Assembly (NCBI GenBank): GCA_963666315.2
Contig: CAXXHG010000025.1
Location: forward strand, 1-13,511
Origin: Candidatus Binatia bacterium
GTDB lineage: Bacteria > Desulfobacterota > Binatia > Bin18
DNA: 13,511 bases
Direction of reading: 5' to 3'
Of this stretch, positions 1-6,959 are shown piece by piece. The first letter of the stretch is position 1. Each line of letters opens with the position of its first letter. The notes under the pieces were generated by a model. That model saw nothing but the letters and a program-made list of their open reading frames with translations, made no database searches and was not told the origin of the DNA. The position numbers and the translations under genes are program-made.

Positions 1-848
1 AATTCCTTAATCCGCACCATATAGCGATCAAAACAATCTCCCAGGGTTCCAACTTCTCCGGTCCCAACCGGCACCTCAAAGTCTAATTCGGGATAAACAG
101 AATACGGTTCATCCCGGCGGACATCATACTGAAATCCGCAGCCGCGCAGGTTGGGGCCAACTAGATTGTAGTTGATGGCCTCTTCTTTACTGATCACGGC
201 GACATTGGCTAGGCGTTGAACGTAGATCTTATTATAGGAAATGAGGTCATTATACTCATCGATCAGGGATCCAAACTGATCGAGGAAGGCCGTCACCTTC
301 TCTGTATACCCGGGCGGCAGATCCCAGGCCACTCCGCCAATACGCATATAATTAAAGGTCAAACGCGCGCCACACAGGTCTTCAAGCAAGTCGTTGACTT
401 TTTCTCGCTCGCGCAGCGCATGCGTAAACGGGGTCATACCACCGATATCCATGGCCATCGTGCCAACCGAGAGCAAGTGGCTGGCAATGCGGCCTAACTC
501 GCAGGCAATGACTCGACAGAACTCTCCTCGTCTAGGGACTTCGATCCCCGCAGCGCGCTCACAGACTATAGCCCAGCCCTGGTTACACTGCATGGCCGAA
601 ACATAATCGACCCGGTCCGTATAGGGCATGAAACCGTGATAGCCGACCTTTTCAGATATTTTCTCTATCGAACGGTGGAGATAGCCGACATCGGGGATGG
701 CTGTGCGCATGATTTCACCATCAGCCTTTACGATAAAACGCAGCACACCGTGAGTACTCGGATGTTGAGGCCCCATATTCAGGGTCATCTCTTCCGTTGC
801 TATGCCATCATCGCGTTGGACTTCAAATTCATACCCCGCCAGGCTCAT
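1..848 (-). CDS. nuoD: NADH-quinone oxidoreductase subunit D (5' part; runs off the left edge)
   Basis: Not in the ORF track because its stop lies outside the window. Manual translation from ATG at 848 (SD GGAGGAG just upstream) gives [38 protein letters not shown]...[10 protein letters not shown]...YTDRVDYV...ELGRIASHL...[14 protein letters not shown]...GDCFDRY, open to base 1. [17 protein letters not shown] and DRxDY are NuoD hallmarks. Confidence 0.97.
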   Translation of the reverse strand, partial: MSLAGYEFEVQRDDGIATEEMTLNMGPQHPSTHGVLRFIVKADGEIMRTAIPDVGYLHRSIEKISEKVGYHGFMPYTDRVDYVSAMQCNQGWAIVCERAAGIEVPRRGEFCRVIACELGRIASHLLSVGTMAMDIGGMTPFTHALREREKVNDLLEDLCGARLTFNYMRIGGVAWDLPPGYTEKVTAFLDQFGSLIDEYNDLISYNKIYVQRLANVAVISKEEAINYNLVGPNLRGCGFQYDVRRDEPYSVYPELDFEVPVGTGEVGTLGDCFDRYMVRIKE

Positions 849-923
849 ACACTCCTCCAGCTTTGGACTTGAAAAAATATCGCTCTAAAAAAGAGTATGC
901 AGAGATAGAACACAAGCGTCCGT

Positions 924-1418
924 CTATTTCAGCAGGCTCTCTCTGCGCGTGCTGATGCCATGGTATTCTTCAGGCTCAACAAAATCTTTGCGGAGGGGAT
1001 ATCCAATCCAATCTTCCGGCATCAGCAGACGCCGCAAGTCCGAGTGTCCGCTGAACACCACGCCGAGTAAATCGTAGATTTCGCGCTCCAGCCAATTGGC
1101 AGCCTTCCACACCCTTTCAATAGAGGGCATGGTCGAGTCTTCACGCGGCACATCTATCTTGACCACAATCATGTGGCGGTGTGTATACGAATAGAGATGC
1201 AGGACAACTTGGATCTTGTCTTCTTTGAAGTAATCAACCCCAGACATATTGGACAAGCAATCGAAGGCGAGATCCGCGTCGTCGTGAAGAAACTGGCACA
1301 CTTCGACGAGAGAGGCGGGTTTAATGACAATGAAAGGGTCAAGAGCTTCTGCTTCGAAAGACTCAATAGCATCACCGCACTGGTCTTGTAATTTTCTATA
1401 TACCTCTGCAGGACTCAT
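924..1418 (-). CDS. nuoC: NADH-quinone oxidoreductase subunit C
   Basis: ANWLEREIYDLLGVVFSGHSDLRRLLMPEDWIGYPLRKDF is the 30-kDa subunit signature; the gene lies between nuoB and nuoD. Start is uncertain: ATG 1418 chosen, GTG 1427 possible. Confidence 0.95.
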   Translation of the reverse strand: MSPAEVYRKLQDQCGDAIESFEAEALDPFIVIKPASLVEVCQFLHDDADLAFDCLSNMSGVDYFKEDKIQVVLHLYSYTHRHMIVVKIDVPREDSTMPSIERVWKAANWLEREIYDLLGVVFSGHSDLRRLLMPEDWIGYPLRKDFVEPEEYHGISTRRESLLK

Positions 1419-1474
1419 AACGTACACACAGTTTCTGCGTTCGTCCTTTTATTTCGTTTGTCCTGGGCTCTCTT

Positions 1475-1975
1475 CTACGCTGCGGCTTGAGCGGCAGAGC
1501 CCTTCACCAGCCAGCGTTCCTGCATCATTTTTTCCTGCAGCTTGAGCAGGCCCTCGGTCAAGGCTTCGGGACGGGGCGGACAGCCAGGCACATACACATC
1601 AACCGGGATGACCTTATCAACACCATCACACACCGAGTAGGCTAACTGGAACAGCCCGCCACAGTTTGCGCAGCTGCCCATAGAGATGACATATTTCGGG
1701 TCGGGCATTTGGTCGTACAGAACCTTCGTACGAAGCGCCATTTTCAACGTAAGCGTCCCGGCAATAATCATCATGTCGGACTGTCTGGGCGTGGCCCGTG
1801 GGGCCGCCCCAAATCGTTCGATATCAGCCCGAGGACCGCCCGTCTGTATTAATTCAATCCCGCAGCATGCCAAACCGAACAGCATATACCAAACAGATGA
1901 TTTCCGTGTCCAATTCAAGACCTCATCCAGCTTAGTCGTCAGAACCATCTCAGGAACGCTATTAATCAGCGACAT
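1475..1975 (-). CDS. nuoB: NADH-quinone oxidoreductase subunit B (in-operon copy)
   Basis: FGLACC, PRQSD, GSCA and [13 protein letters not shown] supply all four N2 cluster cysteines. SD GGAGGAGG. Canonical position between nuoA and nuoC. Confidence 0.97.
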   Translation of the reverse strand: MSLINSVPEMVLTTKLDEVLNWTRKSSVWYMLFGLACCGIELIQTGGPRADIERFGAAPRATPRQSDMMIIAGTLTLKMALRTKVLYDQMPDPKYVISMGSCANCGGLFQLAYSVCDGVDKVIPVDVYVPGCPPRPEALTEGLLKLQEKMMQERWLVKGSAAQAAA

Positions 1976-1984
1976 GCCTCCTCC

Positions 1985-2407
1985 TTACGCTGCCTTCTGT
2001 AATTCCGACTCCTCAGTTGCCGCCGGCTGCAGCTGTTTGATCCACTCCAGGTCTCGTTTGACCCACACATACACCAGGCCGACAATCAGAATGCCGAGGA
2101 ATAGCAAGATTTCAGTTAACGCAAACAACCCCTGTCCATTCAGCAGCCATGCTCGGAACGCCACTGCAACCGGAAAAATAAAAGCGACTTCGACTTCAAA
2201 GATAACAAAAATAAGCGCGACCAGATAAAAACGAATATTAAAGTTGATCCAGGCACCACCCGTAGGCGGCTCTCCACATTCGTACGTGGTCAGTTTCTTC
2301 GCTTCCGGATTATGCGGGCGCAGCAGCTTGCCGATCGCGAGCTGAACGGCACAGAAACCAATCGCCAGGATCGAAAACACAAGCACGTTCGCAAGATTAA
2401 ACGCCAC
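1985..2407 (-). CDS. nuoA: NADH-quinone oxidoreductase subunit A
   Basis: Three hydrophobic segments, KLTTYECGEPP loop, RFYLVALIFVIFEVE and C-terminal WVKRDLEW. GTG start with AGGAG upstream. Confidence 0.96.
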   Translation of the reverse strand: MAFNLANVLVFSILAIGFCAVQLAIGKLLRPHNPEAKKLTTYECGEPPTGGAWINFNIRFYLVALIFVIFEVEVAFIFPVAVAFRAWLLNGQGLFALTEILLFLGILIVGLVYVWVKRDLEWIKQLQPAATEESELQKAA

Positions 2408-2485
2408 TGTAAAAGCTCCTTCTGCCGGATCAGGCTCCTCAACATCTCCGCTATCACAGCGGGAGACTTTTCACCCCTCTCACCT

Positions 2486-3019
2486 TCAAAGCAACGGCTC
2501 AACAGGCTGATAACGAGCAGCCTCTCTATATCTCCCCTGCTCCTGATGGGCAAGCTCCTCCCGCAAACCGACCTTGGGTGCTATTTGCCCAATAGAGACA
2601 CCGGCTAAATAACTCCCCAGCAGACGCTGCGCCTCCCCCCAGACTGAAATCTGGTTGCAGATCGGGTGATAACAACACGCGTGGCCGTCTTCATCCAGGC
2701 ACTCCATCAGTAAAAGCCGTCCTTCTAGGCACTCATAGACTGTTCGCACACTTATTTCCGATGCGGGTTTCTTGAGCCTAAACCCACCCCGGGCACCCAT
2801 AGACGACTCGACCAAACCACCACCGGCCAGCTGCTTCATAATCTTAGAGAGGAAATGCGCGGGAATATCCTGTTGCGTCTGAATTTCCCGCCGCGGCACG
2901 ACTCGGTCTTGCGGCTGCGCGGCCAGATAGGTGAGCGCCCGAACCGCGTAATCCACCCGCCGGCCGATGTTCATCAGGGAACTCCGCTCGGTCGAGCGCT
3001 GCGGTGTTGCTGTATCCAT
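2486..3019 (-). CDS. Rrf2-family Fe-S-binding transcriptional regulator (IscR/NsrR-like)
   Basis: DYAVRAL helix, HTH (IPAHFLSKIMKQL), wing GLVESSMGARGGFRL and Cys cluster ECLDEDGHACCYHPIC. Start placed at ATG 3019 (GAGG upstream); the Rrf2 domain proper begins at ATG 2974 (MNIGRRVDY). Confidence 0.93.
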   Translation of the reverse strand: MDTATPQRSTERSSLMNIGRRVDYAVRALTYLAAQPQDRVVPRREIQTQQDIPAHFLSKIMKQLAGGGLVESSMGARGGFRLKKPASEISVRTVYECLEGRLLLMECLDEDGHACCYHPICNQISVWGEAQRLLGSYLAGVSIGQIAPKVGLREELAHQEQGRYREAARYQPVEPLL

Positions 3020-3121
3020 AGTTCGCCTCACTTCTGACTTCCCTGCGTTACCCATTCCCCATCATAGTCTGAGCAAACACACAGGCCAAGGCCAGAAGTC
3101 CAGGGAAACTCGCGGTCTTGG

Positions 3122-3652
3122 CTAAATCTGAGCCCCACGAAATTTCTGCTTTTGGCCTTGGATTTTACGCTGTAATGCCATAAGCGCATCGAGCACATTT
3201 TCCGGACGAGGCGGGCAGCCGGGTACATAGACATCCACAGGGACAAGACGATCAATACCGGCAACCGTGGTATAATTGTCATAAAACCCGCCGGTTGCGG
3301 CACACGCCCCAAAAGCCATGACCCACTTTGGCTCGGTCATTTGCTCGTACACCCGCTGCAGTATAGGCGCCTGTCGGCAGGTCACCGTTCCAATCACCAT
3401 GAGGAGATCGGCCTGTCTTGGACTAAACCGTGGCAGCAATGCGCCGAAGCGATCAATATCGTACGGCGTCATGGACAATGACATATATTCCATTGCACAA
3501 CACGCCGTCGCGAATGGATAGGGGAAGATGGAGTATTTTCTGGCCCAGCCCAAGGCCTTGTCTAATTGGGTCAGAACGGCAGCGTCCCCAAGGAGAGCCT
3601 CCTCACCACCCTGCAGTCGCGTCGACGTTATCGACGTGGGATGATTATCCAT
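3122..3652 (-). CDS. nuoB: Second, stand-alone NuoB paralogue
   Basis: [48 protein letters not shown]. The track ORF (to 3748) overlaps iscU; the likely start is ATG 3652 after GAGAAGGT (ATG 3664 is an alternative). Confidence 0.93.
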   Translation of the reverse strand: MDNHPTSITSTRLQGGEEALLGDAAVLTQLDKALGWARKYSIFPYPFATACCAMEYMSLSMTPYDIDRFGALLPRFSPRQADLLMVIGTVTCRQAPILQRVYEQMTEPKWVMAFGACAATGGFYDNYTTVAGIDRLVPVDVYVPGCPPRPENVLDALMALQRKIQGQKQKFRGAQI

Positions 3653-3671
3653 ACCTTCTCTCATTGTTACG

Positions 3672-4085
3672 TTACGCGGCTTTGTCGGATTTGGGGACGT
3701 CCACACGACCTTTCTCCCGCCAGTCCGCCACCGCCGCCTTGATCGCATCCTCTGCTAACACCGAACAGTGTATCTTCACCGGCGGCAGCGACAGCTCTGT
3801 CACGATGTGCGTGTTCCGGATCTCATACGCCTCCGCGACCGTCTTCCCCTTCACTAACTCCGTCACATAACTCGACGACGCAATCGCCGACCCGCACCCA
3901 AACGTCTTAAACTTCGCATCCTCGATCACTTCCGTAACCGGATTGATCTTCAGCTGCAGCTTCATCACGTCCCCGCACTCCGGCGCCCCCACCACGCCCG
4001 TCCCTACGTTCTCCTCGTCTTTCCCAAAACTCCCCACGTTCTTCGGCCGCTCAAAATGCTCTATGACTTTCGCTGTGTATGCCAT
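3672..4085 (-). CDS. iscU: Fe-S cluster scaffold protein IscU
   Basis: MAY..V..HF..P.NVG, GAPECGDVMKLQ, FKTFGCGSAIAS and LPPVKIHCS: three Cys, Asp, His and the HscA-binding LPPVK motif. ATG 4085 with AAGGA upstream. Confidence 0.97.
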   Translation of the reverse strand: MAYTAKVIEHFERPKNVGSFGKDEENVGTGVVGAPECGDVMKLQLKINPVTEVIEDAKFKTFGCGSAIASSSYVTELVKGKTVAEAYEIRNTHIVTELSLPPVKIHCSVLAEDAIKAAVADWREKGRVDVPKSDKAA

Positions 4086-4147
4086 GTGAGTTTCCTTTCT
4101 GTCACCAAGAATGGTCGAACAAAAACACTTTTCGGACAACTATTTTG

Positions 4148-4177
4148 ATAATAGAGTTATAGAGTCTAACTTGTCAA
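4148..4177 (-). promoter_or_regulatory. Sigma70-type promoter for iscU-nuoB2-rrf2-nuo: TTGACA-N18-TATTAT
   Basis: Perfect -35 (4172-4177) and 5/6 -10 (4148-4153) on the minus strand in an AT-rich gap, about 60 nt upstream of iscU. Confidence 0.75.
4152..4168. promoter_or_regulatory. Putative Rrf2/IscR-type operator (TAGAG-N7-GTCTA) in the iscU promoter spacer
   Basis: Near-palindrome TAGAGttatagaGTCTA. The same motif sits at the same position in the Mrp promoter (8347-8363). Confidence 0.7.
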
Positions 4178-4238
4178 CCGCGCTTCTTTTATTGGACTAC
4201 CATAGGAATTTATCTCTTAGTATCTCTTGCTTGGTCAG

Positions 4239-5015
4239 CTACCACTTCTCATATTTAACCGCTTTCCGCTCGTAGCCAGCCCCACGCAAGAGGTCCCGCA
4301 GGAGAAGAATCGGCCGCCCTATACCACAAATATAGAACTGCCGGTCGCGGCGTGTGTCATTCTGGACATAGTGCTGTTCGATATAGGGCAGCAGCGATTT
4401 TTCTACCCCGTAGCCATCAGGCCGACGAGGATGGTGCGGTTCGAGAATCGGCCTAAAAGAGAAGCGTGGATCCTGACGTTCCCAGGCTTGCCATTCAGCC
4501 CGATATAACAAGTCGCTTTCTTCTCGCGCAGCATACAGCAGCCGTGCAGTACTCTTCTCGCTGCGAGAAAGCAGGCGCTGAATCATCGAGCGAAAGGGAA
4601 TAACCCCAACTCGGTCTGCAATAAAGACGTACTCGGCGTTAAGCGGTTGATCGAGCACAAAAGTGCCCCATGGTCCGGTAAATCGGAGAACATCCGCCTC
4701 CTTCCGACTGAAAAGGTAGGCTGAGCCAGGACCATCCGCTACGCGGTTGAGACAAATTTCCAGATGCTCAGAGTCCTCAGGTAATGAAGCAATGGTATAG
4801 GCCCTGGTAATAGTCTGCTCGCCTGCTGGCAAAGAAAAGGAGAGAAATTGGCCGGGTTTAAAACTAAATTTCCGGCTGCCCTGGCTGCCAACGATATGCA
4901 GGAAAAATGAGCGGGTATCCGGGGTGCGCTCAACAATGCGCGCAATAGTTGCCTCAAAAGCCTGAGGGGAAGAGCCACATGGGGAGGACGGGGAGGATGC
5001 GCCGGCCGTTTGCAT
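4239..5015 (-). CDS. Ferredoxin-NAD(P) reductase-like FAD-binding oxidoreductase
   Basis: FKPGQF, RAYTIAS (RxYS/T FAD motif), GPGSAYL, GPWG, FYICG and C-terminal YEKW. The NAD(P)-binding loop is degenerate (IADRVGVIPF). Confidence 0.88.
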   Translation of the reverse strand: MQTAGASSPSSPCGSSPQAFEATIARIVERTPDTRSFFLHIVGSQGSRKFSFKPGQFLSFSLPAGEQTITRAYTIASLPEDSEHLEICLNRVADGPGSAYLFSRKEADVLRFTGPWGTFVLDQPLNAEYVFIADRVGVIPFRSMIQRLLSRSEKSTARLLYAAREESDLLYRAEWQAWERQDPRFSFRPILEPHHPRRPDGYGVEKSLLPYIEQHYVQNDTRRDRQFYICGIGRPILLLRDLLRGAGYERKAVKYEKW

Positions 5016-5029
5016 TGCCGCGTTCTCAA

Positions 5030-5383
5030 CTACACCTGCTGATTAATGGTGTGGCGAGGAATGAGAATCGTGACATCGCCGTCCGCCATCACGGCCTGAC
5101 AGCCTAGCCGAGATGTTGGTCGCAAACCGGGAGCCCGGTCGAGCATATCGTCCTCTTCTTCTTCATTCTCGGACAGCTGCTGCATCCCTTCAGTCACGAT
5201 TACGTGACACGTCGTGCAGGCACAATTGCCCCCGCAGGCATGCTCAAGAGCAAGCCCGTGGCCTAAAAGGATGTCGAGGATGGAGCCAGGCTCTCCATCA
5301 TGGTGAAACGGCGCTTTCGCCAGGTCACACTCAATTGTCTGTTCAGGATCTCCATTCTCAAACAGGACGCGTAATCGTGCCAT
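5030..5383 (-). CDS. fdx: ISC-type (adrenodoxin-like) [2Fe-2S] ferredoxin
   Basis: LEHACGGNCACTTCHV, EEEDDMLD, SRLGCQ and IPRHTIN match the ISC Fdx pattern C-X5-C-X2-C...C. Confidence 0.93.
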   Translation of the reverse strand: MARLRVLFENGDPEQTIECDLAKAPFHHDGEPGSILDILLGHGLALEHACGGNCACTTCHVIVTEGMQQLSENEEEEDDMLDRAPGLRPTSRLGCQAVMADGDVTILIPRHTINQQV

Positions 5384-5384
5384 T

Positions 5385-5424
5385 ATTCAACTTCGTTCAA
5401 CTTCATTCAATTTCGTTCAGCTTC
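5385..5424. repeat. Tandem repeat, 4 x 10 bp (RTTCAACTTC)
   Basis: attcaacttc gttcaacttc attcaatttc gttcagcttc, abutting the fdx start codon. Confidence 0.9.
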
Positions 5425-5430
5425 GAATCA

Positions 5431-5472
5431 GTGACGTGTCACCAGTGCCGTGTCACCAGCGACGTGTCACCA
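5431..5472. repeat. Tandem repeat, 3 x 14 bp (GTGACGTGTCACCA)
   Basis: gtgacgtgtcacca gtgccgtgtcacca gcgacgtgtcacca. The consensus contains the palindrome GTGAC-GT-GTCAC. Confidence 0.9.
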
Positions 5473-5524
5473 GGGCGGCAACCCGCCTTTCTCTCCTGCT
5501 CTGCTTGGAGGGTCTCGGGTTGCG

Positions 5525-6598
5525 TTACTGTAAGGTCGTGGTTTGCCCGTCTCGCGTCTCGACCTGCTCAAGCTGGTTGAGAACCTGTTGGGCGATCCCC
5601 AGAAAAGTCTGGCTCTGCGGATGACCCGGCTGGGCGATCACAAGCGGGGTGCCGGCATCTCCTCCGGCCATAATATCGCGCGTAAGCGGGATCTCTCCGA
5701 GTAGCGGCAGGTTAAACTGCTCAGCCATTTTGGCTCCTCCACCATGGTTGAAAATATGGGCCCGATGGCCGCAGGAACGGCACACCAGATAACTCATATT
5801 TTCAACGACCCCCAAGACAGGCACCTCGACTTCCTCGAACATCTTTATGCCTCGCTGAACGTCGAGCAGGGCGACATCCTGCGGCGTGGTGACTATCACC
5901 CCACCGGCTAACGGAGCCTTTTGCACCACGGTGAGCTGCGCATCACCCGTACCGGGTGGCAAATCCACAATAAGGATGTCTAGCTCTCCCCACTCGACCT
6001 TGGAGATGAATTCGGTCAGCAGCTTATCTATCATCGGGCCGCGCCAAATCACGGCGTGACCATCAGGAACGAGAAAGCCCATCGACATGACCCGCATGTC
6101 GTATTTCGTCACCGGGATCAGCCGTTTGTCTTCTGTACTCCTGGGCTTATCGGTAATACCCAACATGAGGGGAATGCTTGGGCCATACACATCGGCATCC
6201 ATGATCCCAATCCGTTGACCTATGTGCGCCAACGCAGCGGCAAGATTCACGGAAACCGTGGATTTACCGACACCGCCTTTCCCACTGGCAACAGCGATGA
6301 CATGCGTAACGCCTGGAATCTCGGGCTTGGACTTTGGCATTGCAGCCGGTGCAGCAGGCTGTTGGATGGCAACCTCCACCGGGACTTGGACCAACGGACT
6401 AAGCGTTTCAATAACATTCCGCCGAATATTCTCGATCACCTCCGTATTACCGGTCGAAGGGGCGAGTTCCACTACCACAGCGGCGCCACCCACGGCAATA
6501 TCTTTAACCACGCCAAAAGCGACAATATCCCGGTTAAAGCCTGGATATTTTATCTGCTTGAGGGCTTCTAATAACTCCTGCGCTGTTGGCGTTGGCAT
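5525..6598 (-). CDS. mrp: Mrp/ApbC/NBP35-family Fe-S carrier ATPase with N-terminal DUF59-like domain (copy 1)
   Basis: VASGKGGVGKST deviant Walker A, DADVYGPSIP, WRGPM, DLPPGTGD, VTTPQ and ENMSYLVCRSC (CxxC). N-terminal LKQIKYPGFNRDIV domain. Confidence 0.95.
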   Translation of the reverse strand: MPTPTAQELLEALKQIKYPGFNRDIVAFGVVKDIAVGGAAVVVELAPSTGNTEVIENIRRNVIETLSPLVQVPVEVAIQQPAAPAAMPKSKPEIPGVTHVIAVASGKGGVGKSTVSVNLAAALAHIGQRIGIMDADVYGPSIPLMLGITDKPRSTEDKRLIPVTKYDMRVMSMGFLVPDGHAVIWRGPMIDKLLTEFISKVEWGELDILIVDLPPGTGDAQLTVVQKAPLAGGVIVTTPQDVALLDVQRGIKMFEEVEVPVLGVVENMSYLVCRSCGHRAHIFNHGGGAKMAEQFNLPLLGEIPLTRDIMAGGDAGTPLVIAQPGHPQSQTFLGIAQQVLNQLEQVETRDGQTTTLQ

Positions 6599-6608
6599 AA
6601 ATGAACCT

Positions 6609-6959
6609 TTACTGCGCTTCGTCTGGGCTATTACGGCTTGCTAAGCTGTCGCTCAACTCCCGCAGGTATTCAAACGTGTATATCCCGGTTTCATGCCCGT
6701 CATTCCAGGTCGGATTGACGGCATAATTCCCCACCAGATTGACGCTCACCAGCTGTGGGTCTTCCACCTGGGTAAAACGGCGCTCCCCGCCGTGCCCTTG
6801 GCACACGGCGCACGGACACCAGCCGCGCAGATACGCAAATGGATAATCGCTCATGACATCATCGTCCCAGAGCACGCGAAGCATGTTTTCTTCCGGAATC
6901 GGAGTGAGAAGGATGGGCGTTGGCATACGGGCTATCCTTATCTGACCCTTATCATTCAT
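6609..6959 (-). CDS. DUF971 / GBBH-like N-terminal domain protein
   Basis: W.D...S.Y....LRGWCPCAVC...VGNYAV...WNDGHETGIYTFEYLREL is the DUF971 pattern. ATG 6959 overlaps the upstream mrp stop (ATGA); ATG 6926 (AAGGA upstream) is an alternative start. Confidence 0.92.
   Translation of the reverse strand: MNDKGQIRIARMPTPILLTPIPEENMLRVLWDDDVMSDYPFAYLRGWCPCAVCQGHGGERRFTQVEDPQLVSVNLVGNYAVNPTWNDGHETGIYTFEYLRELSDSLASRNSPDEAQ

Noticed and set aside
216-872. Plus-strand ORFs 216-497, 394-606 and 636-872
   Set aside because: Antisense shadows of nuoD with no recognisable motifs.
849-923. Terminator or internal promoter between nuoC and nuoD
   Set aside because: The stem (CTCT/AGAG) is too short and no well-spaced -35/-10 pair is present.
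1-3652. Group 4 [NiFe]-hydrogenase (Ech/Hyc) interpretation of the NuoD- and NuoB-like genes
   Set aside because: The large subunit has DRVDY where hydrogenases have the N-terminal RxCxxC Ni-binding motif, both small subunits have the tandem CC of NuoB, and nuoA is present.
3653-3748. Arg-rich N-terminal extension of NuoB2 that resembles a Tat signal (MRSRRRWR)
   Set aside because: It is an alternative-frame reading of the iscU 3' end, has no hydrophobic core, and a good SD-ATG exists at 3652.
5385-5472. CRISPR array
   Set aside because: Units are 10 and 14 bp, directly adjacent with no spacers, and there are no cas genes.
6588-6926. Identical ATGCCAACGCC (MPTP) at the mrp1 start and the alternative DUF971 start
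   Set aside because: Only 11 bp with no flanking similarity; most likely coincidence.
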